A stretch of 32,000 nt of DNA from a cyanobacterium endosymbiont of Braarudosphaera bigelowii (GCF_020885515.1 NZ_AP024987.1:930001-962000), one strand, 5' to 3'. Counted from the stretch's first letter, positions 1 through 9,581 are shown. Numbers and translations: made by a program. Notes: generated by a model not told the origin, from the sequence alone.

Positions 1-410
1 TAAAACAAATATACAAGCAACCCACTCGTTTAGGATGGAAAGTATTTAATAATAAGAAGTTAAGCATAGGAGAACTGTAAAGTATATAAGTTCTTATTAT
101 CCTCAGAAAAATTTTATATACTATAGGTAGTACATAATCTATAGCAATATGATTACTCAATAAACATACTAGATTTTTAAATAATATTTCTCTATATTAG
201 ATTTAGAAGTTTTCTAAAAATTAATATTTAAATACAATATTGAGTTAACGAGATTTTTTTCTGGAGTAATTAATCTTTACTCATAATTGACAAAGCGGTT
301 AAGCTATAGATTTAATTTGGTGTATTGATACTATCAAGTTTCTTTAAGTTTGAAATTATATATTTATAATAATTTTTAATATCTACTATTACATAATTTC
401 AATAGTAACT

Positions 411-1334
411 TTAATCGCAGCAACTTAATTCCCATAGCGATTCTGCTTTTGATTGAGTATATTCTTTTTTTATTTTTTGATAGTTCTTTTCTATTTCATT
501 CAGTTTCTCAACTTGTTGATTTATTTTTTTTCTCTGAAAACTTAATTGAGAATCATTAAACTCAATATCAGATAATTTGAGATAAAGTGTAGATATTTTT
601 ATATTAGAAGGTTCTCTACTATCTTTCCCATCTAAATCTAATGTTTTATTATTTACATTTTCTTCTACTTGTAAGTTAAGGATATTAGGATAACTTTCTG
701 GTAAAAATCTCTTTTCTTCTACTTGCGATGTTACTTCAAGTAAATGAGATGGTAAATGATTAGAGATGATTTTATTTTTTTTCAATTTATTGTTAACTTC
801 TTGAGAGAGGCTATTCAAAGTTATTTGAATTCCTTGTTCAATATCTCCACACCACTTAACTAAATCTTCAGGATTTATAGTTTCAGGTACATCGTACTTA
901 TCTAATTTGTTTGCAAAAAATAGCTTTTTTTTCTCATTTTTGAGGTGCTTCATATTATTTTTTTTGTACGGGAATAGATTTTTTGATATATATCTAATAA
1001 CCATTTTTGAAGTTATAGGTTGTGGAAAAGTCACATATGATAACAATTCGGATTCAGATTTATTACACAGTTCTCTAATTTTCTCTTGCATCTCTCTTCT
1101 TTGATCATTAGATAATCTTAAAAATGATTCAGGGTAGATATGGGTGCAAATTTGATAAACTGCTAATATTAATTGTTTATTTAATGCAGAACCTAACAAC
1201 TTTAAGTAATCTCTATAAATGTTATTCAATTCAGTAAAAAGCTTTATTGACTTTTTTTCTAATTCTTTTTTTTCCTTATTAATTTTTTGGAAAGATCTCA
1301 TAATATACTGAACATTGCAAATAAATTTAAACAT
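411..1334 (-). CDS. Conserved hypothetical protein, lysine/glutamate-rich with coiled-coil-like ends; true start probably the internal Met near 1301 (MRSFQKINKEKK...)
   Basis: 307-aa ORF downstream of tsf. The first 11 codons abut a terminator-like hairpin at 1335-1373, which favours the internal start. Confidence 0.65.
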   Translation of the reverse strand: MFKFICNVQYIMRSFQKINKEKKELEKKSIKLFTELNNIYRDYLKLLGSALNKQLILAVYQICTHIYPESFLRLSNDQRREMQEKIRELCNKSESELLSYVTFPQPITSKMVIRYISKNLFPYKKNNMKHLKNEKKKLFFANKLDKYDVPETINPEDLVKWCGDIEQGIQITLNSLSQEVNNKLKKNKIISNHLPSHLLEVTSQVEEKRFLPESYPNILNLQVEENVNNKTLDLDGKDSREPSNIKISTLYLKLSDIEFNDSQLSFQRKKINQQVEKLNEIEKNYQKIKKEYTQSKAESLWELSCCD

Positions 1335-1373
1335 AAAAAAGACAAAAGTTAGAAATATTTTCCTACTTTTGTC
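1335..1373 (-). terminator. Rho-independent-like terminator downstream of tsf
   Basis: 9-bp inverted repeat (gacaaaagt 1341-1349 / acttttgtc 1365-1373), followed in minus-strand sense by a six-T run (complement of aaaaaa 1335-1340). Confidence 0.65.
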
Positions 1374-1453
1374 TCATTATTAGACAATCATCTTTTAAAG
1401 AATCTACTTTCTTTTTACTTTTCTTTGTAAATATCAAGTTTTTGCTTAAATAA

Positions 1454-1474
1454 AAGTTATTCTTAGGATAACTT
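1454..1474 (-). terminator. Small hairpin overlapping the tsf stop codon
   Basis: AAGTTAT (1454-1460) / ATAACTT (1468-1474), followed in minus sense by TTATTT. Confidence 0.3.
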
Positions 1475-2138
1475 ACCCTATACTTTGCCCTGTTTGCGCA
1501 GCAACTTCAGCAGCAAAGTTAGTTTCACGTTTTTCAATTCCTTCTCCTAAAATAAAACGAGTAAAACGACGAACTTGAATGTTTTCTCCAAGCTGTGAAA
1601 TATTGCGTTTCAATAATTCTTCAACTGTAATATTAGAATCTTTAATAAAAGGTTGATCTAGTAAAGAAAGCTCTTTTTTACGCTTCTCGATACGCCCTTG
1701 GACTATCTTCTCTTTGATATTTTCAGGTTTATTTCCTAAATCATCTCTTCCCATCTCAATTTCTTTTTCTTTATCGACAATTGTTTTAGGAATATTATCC
1801 TGATTAACATACTCAACATTAGGGCAAGCAGCTATTTGCATAGCAATATTTTGAGCTAATTCTTTAAACTCGTCTCTACGTGCGACAAAATCTGTTTCGC
1901 AATTAACCTCTACAAGAACTCCTATACGACCTCCTGTGTGTATATAACTATGAACTAAACCTTCTGCTGTTTGTCTACCTGATTTCTTCTCAGCAGAAGT
2001 GATTCCTTTTTGTCGTAGCCATTCTGTTGCTTTCTCTACTTCACCTTGATTTTCCTGAAGTGCTTTTTTGCAATCCATCATGCCTGCACCAGTTTTTTCG
2101 CGGAGTGTTTTAACCAGTTTTGCTGAAATTTCAACCAT
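1473..2138 (-). CDS. tsf: Elongation factor Ts
   Basis: N-terminal [45 protein letters not shown] and DFVARRDEF motif are diagnostic of EF-Ts; located directly 3' of rpsB. Confidence 0.97.
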   Translation of the reverse strand: MVEISAKLVKTLREKTGAGMMDCKKALQENQGEVEKATEWLRQKGITSAEKKSGRQTAEGLVHSYIHTGGRIGVLVEVNCETDFVARRDEFKELAQNIAMQIAACPNVEYVNQDNIPKTIVDKEKEIEMGRDDLGNKPENIKEKIVQGRIEKRKKELSLLDQPFIKDSNITVEELLKRNISQLGENIQVRRFTRFILGEGIEKRETNFAAEVAAQTGQSIG

Positions 2139-2304
2139 TTTAGTTTTTGTTTTTACTGTAGATGATCATGACATAAGAGAGGATAACATTAAGAGTAGTT
2201 TAAATGAACTTTTTTTTATATAACTGAAAAGATTAATTAGCTGACTCACCTGAGTGAAAAAAGTGTCCTGGGACGTTGTCAGCTTAAACTTTAGTAAAAG
2301 CTTC

Positions 2305-2359
2305 TTTAACAACTCTTATTTTGTTAAGACTATGTCTTAACAAAATAAGAGTTGTTAAA
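2305..2359 (-). repeat. Perfect 26-bp-arm inverted repeat (3-nt loop) overlapping the rpsB stop codon, in the rpsB-tsf spacer
   Basis: Arms TTTAACAACTCTTATTTTGTTAAGAC (2305-2330) and GTCTTAACAAAATAAGAGTTGTTAAA (2334-2359), loop TAT; perfect reverse complements by eye. Confidence 0.85.
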
Positions 2360-3167
2360 TTTCTTTCTCTTCTACATTTTCACTTTCTATATTGGGTAAT
2401 AGAGGATCAACTTCTTCACTTTTCTCATCATTATTTTCTGTGAGACTTTCGCCAAGAGTCTCGTAGTCATCGTTTGCCTCTAAACGACTATGAGAGCCTT
2501 CATGTATAGCATCCGCCAATTTTCCTAAAATTAGTTTAATAGAACGAATTGCATCATCATTAGCTGGGATAGGAATATCTGCATAGTCAGGATCACAGTT
2601 AGTATCCAATAAAGAAATCATTGGAATACCTAGTTTTTGACATTCTTGGATAGCATTGTATTCACGTCGTTGATCTACAATAACAACAACATCAGGAGGT
2701 CGTCGCATTGTTTTAATACCTCCTAAATATTTTTGCAATTTACCTAATTCTCTTCTCAATACTGCGCCTTCTTTTTTTGGACGTCTTTCAATCTGACCAT
2801 CTTCTTCCATTGCTTCTAATTCTTTTAGACGCTCAACTCGGGTTTTAATAGTCTCCCAATTAGTAAGCATTCCACCTAACCAACGTTGATTAACATAGTT
2901 AGCTCCACAGCGAGAAGCCTCTTGAGCAATAATTCCTGCTGCTTGTCTTTTAGTCCCCACAAACAAAAATCTTTTTCCTTTATCAGACCCATTACGGACA
3001 TACCGATAAGCATCTTCCATTAACTGTGCAGTCTGCACTAAGTCAATAATATGAACTCCATTACGAGCTGTATAGATATACTGGGACATCTTGGGATTCC
3101 AGCGACGGGTTTGGTGTCCAAAATGAACTCCAGATTCTAGTAATTCAGAAAGAGATACTACTGGCAT
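2355..3167 (-). CDS. rpsB: 30S ribosomal protein S2
   Basis: [43 protein letters not shown]... is classic S2. Confidence 0.98.
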   Translation of the reverse strand: MPVVSLSELLESGVHFGHQTRRWNPKMSQYIYTARNGVHIIDLVQTAQLMEDAYRYVRNGSDKGKRFLFVGTKRQAAGIIAQEASRCGANYVNQRWLGGMLTNWETIKTRVERLKELEAMEEDGQIERRPKKEGAVLRRELGKLQKYLGGIKTMRRPPDVVVIVDQRREYNAIQECQKLGIPMISLLDTNCDPDYADIPIPANDDAIRSIKLILGKLADAIHEGSHSRLEANDDYETLGESLTENNDEKSEEVDPLLPNIESENVEEKEI

Positions 3168-3177
3168 AATTTATTTT

Positions 3178-3243
3178 CTCCTATTTCGGGTTAATCCTCC
3201 ATTCAAGTGGATTTCGTTTCGGAAACACCCGAAGTCTTGAATG
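3178..3243 (-). promoter_or_regulatory. Candidate rpsB 5'-UTR regulatory RNA (possible pseudoknot adjacent to the Shine-Dalgarno)
   Basis: Minus-strand order: CATTCAAG (3243-3236), TTCGGGT (3233-3227), CTTGAATG (3207-3200), ACCCGAA (3191-3185), then ATA and GGAG (3181-3178), ATG at 3167. Helix 1 (8 bp) and helix 2 (7 bp) interleave. Confidence 0.5.
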
Positions 3244-3468
3244 TGTGGTATTTTAACGACCTTTATAAACTAACATAATTTTGTCTAACTTTAAACTTAA
3301 TTATCAATAGGAGAATCTTTCCTTTTATATTAATTGACTCACTACTTAATATATTTTTTGTTGTCGCATAGACATAACAAAAAAAATTATAGCTTTGAAA
3401 AATATTATGTAAAAAATAAAAAGTATATTAATTTCTCTGGTTGAGAATAGAACTATCTCACACTTTGT

Positions 3469-4677
3469 TTAAGATTCAGCAAACCAATAAAGTAAATATA
3501 CTCCTATACCCAATCCAATAATATTTGGTAGCCAACCAGCAATAAATGGTGAAACTAGACCTATCAACCCCAAACTACCAATCAAGAAACCAAGAAGATA
3601 GTATACAAATACTACTACTACACTTAAGCCAAATCCTATAGCACGGTTTATATATTGAGGGCTTGTACCTAGAGCAGATCCAATCACTCCAAATACAACA
3701 CATATAAATGGAAAGGCTATCTTCTGTTGAATTCTAACCTGAAAAGTACGGAGTTTTTGCTCATCTTCCATAACTCTTAAAATTTTCATATATTTTTGTG
3801 CTTGAAAAATATTCATTTCATAAGGGTCACGTCCTTGTTGAGCAAACTCAAAAGCAGCCTTAGTGAGAGGTAATTGTCTATGTTTAAAAGAGTAAGTATC
3901 TTGATAGGAAGAATCTGGAGCTAATTGATAAATAGTACCATTGAAAAAATCCCAGGTTTCTTCTTGTCTATTCCATGTTGCTGAATCTGAAACGACAATA
4001 CGATTTAATTTCTTTTCAAGCCACTCTAATACTGTTAAGGTTTCAAGCTTGTGACCATCAAATTTTTCTGCAAAAAATAAATGCTTAAGTTGTTTTTCAG
4101 TACTTCCATCAGGAAGAACTACTTTTTCATAATCAGGATAAAAAATATCTTTATTTTGCCAATACGGTCGTTCTTCCTGAAGATGTTCAACTAATATACT
4201 AGTAACACGATAATTAGCTGCTGGAACTATCAATTCACTAAACATAAAAGTTATGCCTGTCATTATCAGACTTACGATAAAAGCGGGTATAACTAAGCGG
4301 TAAAGACTAGCTCCACAAACTCGTAAGGCAATTAATTCACTATCATTGCTTAGACGCCCATAAGTTAATAAAGTACTTAACATCATGGAGATCGGTAATG
4401 CATAGGCAGTAAATTCTGGAATTTTTAATAGTATTATTTCTAATGCTTGTATTAAAGGTAAATTAGACTCTACTACTTTATTCGCCAGATCAGATAAATA
4501 ACCAATAGCTACTCCAAGTACGGACACTAAACCAACTGAAAAAACTAGTGGTCCTACTAGTTGTGATAGGATGTAGCGGTCTATCAAATAAAAGGACCAA
4601 ACATTCTCAACTGGTAATATTTTTAGAAAGTGGCCTAAAAATTTAATAGCTTTCATAAATATTGTTTGTAGAGGCAT
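3469..4677 (-). CDS. YjgP/YjgQ (LptF/LptG) family lipopolysaccharide export permease
   Basis: 402 aa; N-terminal LSQLVGPLVFSVGLVSVLGVAIGYLSDL, PISMMLSTLLTYGRLSNDSELIALRVCGASLYRL motif, C-terminal TM helices. Confidence 0.88.
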   Translation of the reverse strand: MPLQTIFMKAIKFLGHFLKILPVENVWSFYLIDRYILSQLVGPLVFSVGLVSVLGVAIGYLSDLANKVVESNLPLIQALEIILLKIPEFTAYALPISMMLSTLLTYGRLSNDSELIALRVCGASLYRLVIPAFIVSLIMTGITFMFSELIVPAANYRVTSILVEHLQEERPYWQNKDIFYPDYEKVVLPDGSTEKQLKHLFFAEKFDGHKLETLTVLEWLEKKLNRIVVSDSATWNRQEETWDFFNGTIYQLAPDSSYQDTYSFKHRQLPLTKAAFEFAQQGRDPYEMNIFQAQKYMKILRVMEDEQKLRTFQVRIQQKIAFPFICVVFGVIGSALGTSPQYINRAIGFGLSVVVVFVYYLLGFLIGSLGLIGLVSPFIAGWLPNIIGLGIGVYLLYWFAES

Positions 4678-5006
4678 AATAAATATTATTCGAGAAAAAA
4701 GTTGAGAGATTCACAAAAGTTAATTTTCTCAAATTTGGTCATTAAATTTTTTCATATACATCATATATATTAGAGCTATAAATAATACTAACCCTCTTAA
4801 AATTTTAGGAAGCTTGATATACAAACTTATTTACAAGAAATATTTTATCGACTTTTGATAAAAATATGGTGAAACATAGATTTTTTATCGAATTATTTTT
4901 TTTTGAAATAGATTACAGATGTCATTTCAACATCATATTACTGTATTTTGTATATAACAAAAGTATTGCTCTAATTCTCAAAATAGTACTATTAGTTAAT
5001 AAGTTC

Positions 5007-5058
5007 AAAATTAAATAGTTATAAAAGTATAAAAATACTTTTATAACTATTTAATTTT
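5007..5058 (-). terminator. Perfect 24-bp-arm AT-only-like hairpin (4-nt loop) downstream of topA; putative terminator
   Basis: AAAATTAAATAGTTATAAAAGTAT (5007-5030) / ATACTTTTATAACTATTTAATTTT (5035-5058), loop AAAA; minus-sense 3' arm ends in TTTT. Confidence 0.55.
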
Positions 5059-5228
5059 AAATGTACTTTTTATACTTATAAAGTCAAGCTTATATAATTT
5101 TATGTTAGTTTAATAATATTTTATGAAGCAAATATCTAAATAAAATCAAGAAAAGCAAAGTTAAGTAAGTTCTATTTAAAGATTTTCGATATTTTAAATA
5201 GTAATATGTTATTAGGAATCTAATCTAA

Positions 5229-7844
5229 TTAATCCTTTTTTCTTTTCTTTGTAGCAGTTGTTTTCTTTTTTACGGTTTTCCTAGTATTTTTCTTCTTAAC
5301 AGGTGTTTTCTTTGATAACAATTTTAATGCTTTTTCTAAGGTAATACTATCAACTGTTTCCTTTTCTGATAAGCCCACATTTATTTTTTTATGGTTAATA
5401 TAAATACCATAAGGTCCTTCGTAAATATTAATAGGCTCGCTATCTTCAGGATGAAGCCCTAATTCTTTTAATGGTTTTTTTGCTTTTCGACCTCTCATAA
5501 GTTTCGGCTGAGATAGTAATTCCAGTGCTCTATCTAGAGAAATGGTTAATAGATCATCTTCTTTTTTAAGGGATCTATAATCTTTTCCTTTTTTTCCTTG
5601 ATCATGTACTACATAGGGCCCAAATCTTCCGATGTTAACTTTAATATTCGCTTGGGTATCTGGATGAGTTCCCAGTAGAAGAGGTAATGCTAGTAATCCT
5701 AGAGCTATTTCTAAGTTTACATCTTCAGGATTAATATTTTTAGGTAAAGAAGTTCTTTTAGGCTTTTTGTTTTCTTCTGTAATTTCTCCTAGCTGAACAT
5801 ATGGCCCATAACTACCAATTAATAAATAAATAGGTTCACCAGTCTCAGGATGTAATCCAATCTTCTCTGGGCCTTCAGTTTTTTGTTTTAATAATTTTAT
5901 GACTTGATCAATATTTAAATCGGATGGAGTCAAATTTGTTGGAATGGAAGCAGTTATGATCTTCCCGTCTTGTTCTACTTCTATATAAGGACCAAACTTC
6001 CCAATTTTAATTGTTGTATCCAAATTATTTAGATTAATAGCCTTGGCTAAATTTGGATTAATTTCGTCAGTACGTACTTTTACTTGAGTATCTAAACCCT
6101 TGTCACCAAAATAGAATTGTTCCAAATAAGGAACTCTTTGTACTTCTCCTGTAGCAATTTCATCAAGTGCCTGTTCCATTGTTGAAGTAAACGTTGTATC
6201 TACTAAATCAGGAAAGTAGGTCTCTAGTAAGCTTACAACAGCAAATGCTGTGAAAGTTGGTACTAATGCTTTACTGCGCATTTGAGAATAACCACGATCA
6301 CGTATAGTCCCAATGATACTAGCATATGTACTAGGACGACCAATACCTTCTTTCTCCAATACTTTCACTAAAGATGCCTCAGTGTAACGTGCAGGAGGCT
6401 GAGTTTTATGATCTAGTACATCTATCTTTTCGCATTTTAGCTGATCTCTTTCTTGAAGATATGGAAGTATAATTTCTTGGCTCTCTAGTACTGTTTCAGG
6501 ATTGTCTGATCCTTCAACATAGGCACGGAAAAATCCTGGGAAATCTATACGTTTTCCATAAGCTCGAAATTCTGCATTGTCTACTTCTATGACTACTGAA
6601 ATTTGTGTTAACTTTGCATCAGCCATTTGACATGCTACAGTCCTTTTCCAGATAAGATCATAAAGAGAAAATGCTTGATCAGACAATTCTGTTTCTTTAG
6701 GTGTAAGAAAATTATTGCCTGCTGGACGGATTGCTTCATGAGCTTCTTGTGCTCCTTTACTTGTAGTGGTATATTTGCGTGGGCGAGGACTTAAAAATTC
6801 TTCTCCATATTTTTGAGTTACACATGCTCTGGCTGCATTAATAGCTTCACTAGACAGATTCACAGAATCTGTACGCATATAAGTAATATAGCCTTCCTCA
6901 TAAAGCTTCTGAGCTGTTCGCATAGTATCCCGTGCCGAGATACCTAACTTTCGATTAGATTCTTGCTGCAAGGTTGAGGTTGTAAAAGGAGGAGAAGGTT
7001 TATTATTAACCTGTTTTTCTTCAACTTTAGCTATATTCCAAAGTTTAGTTTCATCTTCTAATTTTTCTTTCAGAATATTAGCTTCTTGTTCATTAAGAAG
7101 AATAACATTTCGATTATGAGATACTTTGCCAGTTTTAGAATCAAAGTCTGAACCTACGGCAACTTTTTTTCCAGAGATACTTATTAATTTAGCTTCAAAA
7201 AAAAATTTTTCTTTTTCTAATAAAACCTTTAAATTCCAATATTCACCAGATTCAAAACTAAGACGTTCTTGTTCTTTTTGCACTAGTAAACGCACTGCTA
7301 CTGATTGTACTCTACCAGCAGATAATCCCCAAGCAATCTTTTTCCAAAGCAAAGGAGAAAGTGTATAACCATATAAACGGTCCAGTATCCTCCTAGTTTC
7401 TTGAGCATGGACTAAGTTTTCGTTAATATCACGACAATTATTCAAAGATTTCTTAATTGCATCTCTGGTAATTTCATGAAAAACCATACGCTTAATAGGT
7501 ACTTTAGGTTTTAAAATTTGCAGTAAATGCCAACTAATACTTTCTCCTTCTCTATCTTCATCTGTAGCTAATATCAGCTCATCTACATTTTTTAAAGCTA
7601 TTTTCAACCCTTGGACTACTTTCTTTTTATCTTTTGGAATAACATAAATAGGATCGAAATTATTTTCTATATTAACACCTAAATTTGCCCAGTTTTTACC
7701 TTTATAAGAAGCAGGAATTTCACTTGCTGAGGCTGGAAGATCTCGTACATGTCCCATAGAAGCTTCTACCTGATATTCATTAGGTAAAAAATTTCTTATA
7801 GTGCGAGCTTTAGTAGGTGATTCAACAATAACAAGAGTTGACAT
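5229..7844 (-). CDS. topA: DNA topoisomerase I (type IA) with C-terminal repeats and a lysine-rich tail
   Basis: MSTLVIVESPTKARTIRNFL, DEDREGESISWHL Toprim motif, YMRTDSVNLS active-site tyrosine motif; several 'G.(Y/F)GPY(I/V)' C-terminal repeats. Confidence 0.98.
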   Translation of the reverse strand: MSTLVIVESPTKARTIRNFLPNEYQVEASMGHVRDLPASASEIPASYKGKNWANLGVNIENNFDPIYVIPKDKKKVVQGLKIALKNVDELILATDEDREGESISWHLLQILKPKVPIKRMVFHEITRDAIKKSLNNCRDINENLVHAQETRRILDRLYGYTLSPLLWKKIAWGLSAGRVQSVAVRLLVQKEQERLSFESGEYWNLKVLLEKEKFFFEAKLISISGKKVAVGSDFDSKTGKVSHNRNVILLNEQEANILKEKLEDETKLWNIAKVEEKQVNNKPSPPFTTSTLQQESNRKLGISARDTMRTAQKLYEEGYITYMRTDSVNLSSEAINAARACVTQKYGEEFLSPRPRKYTTTSKGAQEAHEAIRPAGNNFLTPKETELSDQAFSLYDLIWKRTVACQMADAKLTQISVVIEVDNAEFRAYGKRIDFPGFFRAYVEGSDNPETVLESQEIILPYLQERDQLKCEKIDVLDHKTQPPARYTEASLVKVLEKEGIGRPSTYASIIGTIRDRGYSQMRSKALVPTFTAFAVVSLLETYFPDLVDTTFTSTMEQALDEIATGEVQRVPYLEQFYFGDKGLDTQVKVRTDEINPNLAKAINLNNLDTTIKIGKFGPYIEVEQDGKIITASIPTNLTPSDLNIDQVIKLLKQKTEGPEKIGLHPETGEPIYLLIGSYGPYVQLGEITEENKKPKRTSLPKNINPEDVNLEIALGLLALPLLLGTHPDTQANIKVNIGRFGPYVVHDQGKKGKDYRSLKKEDDLLTISLDRALELLSQPKLMRGRKAKKPLKELGLHPEDSEPINIYEGPYGIYINHKKINVGLSEKETVDSITLEKALKLLSKKTPVKKKNTRKTVKKKTTATKKRKKD

Positions 7845-7906
7845 AATCGTTGTTAGTAATCAAACAAATTTAGTAAATAAATAGGATTTCTTAAAATTGA
7901 GTTTAA

Positions 7907-7949
7907 TGCTCATTTGTTAGTTGGAATAATTCTAACTAACAAATGAGCA
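7907..7949 (-). repeat. Long inverted repeat in the ribF-topA spacer (16-bp perfect arms plus inner 4 bp)
   Basis: TGCTCATTTGTTAGTT (7907-7922) / AACTAACAAATGAGCA (7934-7949); inner GAAT/ATTC also pairs. Confidence 0.7.
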
Positions 7950-8022
7950 CCACTAAAGTTTATACATAAACATGATTTTTAATTATAAAAAGAAAATTAC
8001 TCTGAAAATTCTTTTGTTAACT

Positions 8023-8061
8023 ACTAAGTACCTAATAAAATTTATTTACTAGGTACTTAGT
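8023..8061 (-). terminator. Hairpin about 55 nt downstream of the ribF stop; putative terminator/processing hairpin
   Basis: ACTAAGTACCTA (8023-8034) / TAGGTACTTAGT (8050-8061), 12-bp perfect arms. Confidence 0.45.
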
Positions 8062-8116
8062 TAGCCTAATGGAAATTCTATTAAACCACTATAGATGTAG
8101 TCAAGTTATGACTTTT

Positions 8117-9061
8117 TTATATTAATATTGACCTTGCTTTTCTACAATCTTGTTCAATTTGATCTTTTAGAGTTTTTAAAGATGAAAACTTTTGCTCAGA
8201 ACGTAAAAACTTTTCTAAATAAACAGTTAGTGTTTTACCATACAAATTACCAGACCAATCTAATAAGTGTACTTCTACTGTCGAACCACTATTAATCGTT
8301 GGACGTTTTCCTATGTTAATTACTCCTTTACTGATATTTTTATTTTCAAGTTCTACATAAACACAATAAACTCCATCACAAGGTAATAGTTTATCCTCAG
8401 GTAGTTTTAGGTTAGCAGTAGGAAATCCAATTGTTCTTCCTATTTTTTGTCCAGAGACAACAAGACCTCTTAAAAAATAGGAGTATCCTAACATTTGCTT
8501 AACTTCTGTCATATTTCCATCTGTTAAATATTTACGAATTCTAGAGCTACTAATTCGTAAAGGAGTCTTTCTATTAGAATTCAAAAAAGTTTGTAATTTT
8601 GTAGTGTGGACAGAAATCCCAAATCTTTCTGTAAAATCTCTTAAAAGCTCGACTGTTCCTGTCCTTTTGTATCCAAAGTAAAAATTTTCTCCAACTGAAA
8701 TATATTTTACGTTTAACTTATTAATTAAAATGTCTACGACAAACTCTAAAGGACTAAGAGATGCTAAATCTTGATTAAATGGCAATCGGATTAATTGTTT
8801 AATTTTAAGAGAGCTTAGTATTTGAATTTTTTCGTTTGTAGGCGTTAACAGCTGACGAGATTCTCCACTAAAAAACTCTTGGGGATGGGGTTCAAAAGTA
8901 ACTACAGTAGGAGTATATTCCTTAGTTAGTTTTAAAATTGGTTTAAGGACCTGTCGATGCCCAAGATGAATTCCATCAAAGTTTCCTAAAGCGACTGCTG
9001 TGGGTGTCCTAGCATTATTAATTGAAGATGGTATCCATACACCGAATTTCCTGTGTATCAT
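8117..9061 (-). CDS. ribF: Bifunctional riboflavin kinase / FMN adenylyltransferase (FAD synthetase)
   Basis: VALGNFDGIHLGHRQV nucleotidyltransferase motif; GQKIGRTIGFPTANL and GVYCVYV riboflavin kinase motifs. Confidence 0.96.
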   Translation of the reverse strand: MIHRKFGVWIPSSINNARTPTAVALGNFDGIHLGHRQVLKPILKLTKEYTPTVVTFEPHPQEFFSGESRQLLTPTNEKIQILSSLKIKQLIRLPFNQDLASLSPLEFVVDILINKLNVKYISVGENFYFGYKRTGTVELLRDFTERFGISVHTTKLQTFLNSNRKTPLRISSSRIRKYLTDGNMTEVKQMLGYSYFLRGLVVSGQKIGRTIGFPTANLKLPEDKLLPCDGVYCVYVELENKNISKGVINIGKRPTINSGSTVEVHLLDWSGNLYGKTLTVYLEKFLRSEQKFSSLKTLKDQIEQDCRKARSILI

Positions 9062-9462
9062 TTTGTATTTATATACTTCAGCAGTACTTTTGAACTAACA
9101 TTTACGGAATCATACCCCAAATATACACTCAATTAATAGTCTTTTCCATAGTCCATACAATAATTGTTAACTTATTGAAATTTTGGTGAATAGGAGGATT
9201 ACACTCTTATCAGCTTTAATAAACATAATCTTAATATGTATTAAGAGTTGCAACAATTTGCAAAATTTTTAAATAATAGAAATATGATTCTATTAGAAGT
9301 AGTTAGTGATAATAAAAAGTATTATAAATTTAAGAAAGTTATGTATATCTTATAAGTATTAATTAATATAAATAAATAGAAACTAATTTTTTTTATTTAA
9401 AGTGAATAATAATTGATTACGTAAATAGTTATCATAATAAATAAATGATAGAATGCTTTGCT

Positions 9463-9524
9463 GTTACAAGTTTATAAGAATAAGGTATGTTCCTGAACAT
9501 ACCTTATTCTTATAAACTTGTAAC
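9463..9524. repeat. Perfect 30-bp-arm palindrome (2-nt spacer) between divergent ribF and sqdX
   Basis: GTTACAAGTTTATAAGAATAAGGTATGTTC (9463-9492), CT, GAACATACCTTATTCTTATAAACTTGTAAC (9495-9524). Confidence 0.9.
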
Positions 9525-9581
9525 CCAAAAGGCGTTTAATCGCCTACTATATTTATTGTGATTCTCAAAATTAATAGTAGT

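Noticed and set aside
1-410. Possible gene remnant or small RNA at the left edge
   Set aside because: Only AT-rich sequence with a weak TTTAGAA/TTCTAAA hairpin; no codable feature seen.
907-1104. 65-aa ORF on + strand
   Set aside because: Lies antisense inside the 411-1334 ORF, has AT-driven hydrophobic composition and no recognisable family.
7126-7368. 80-aa + strand ORF
   Set aside because: Antisense shadow of topA.
7126-7368. Interpreting the intergenic palindromes as a MITE or repeat family
   Set aside because: The arms of the different palindromes do not share sequence with one another, so independent structural elements are a better explanation (coordinates here are only a placeholder within the region examined).
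9558-9581. GTG start for sqdX giving the N-terminal extension MILKINSS
   Set aside because: The conserved GT4 N-terminus begins at MRIALFTE (9582); the extension is probably untranslated.
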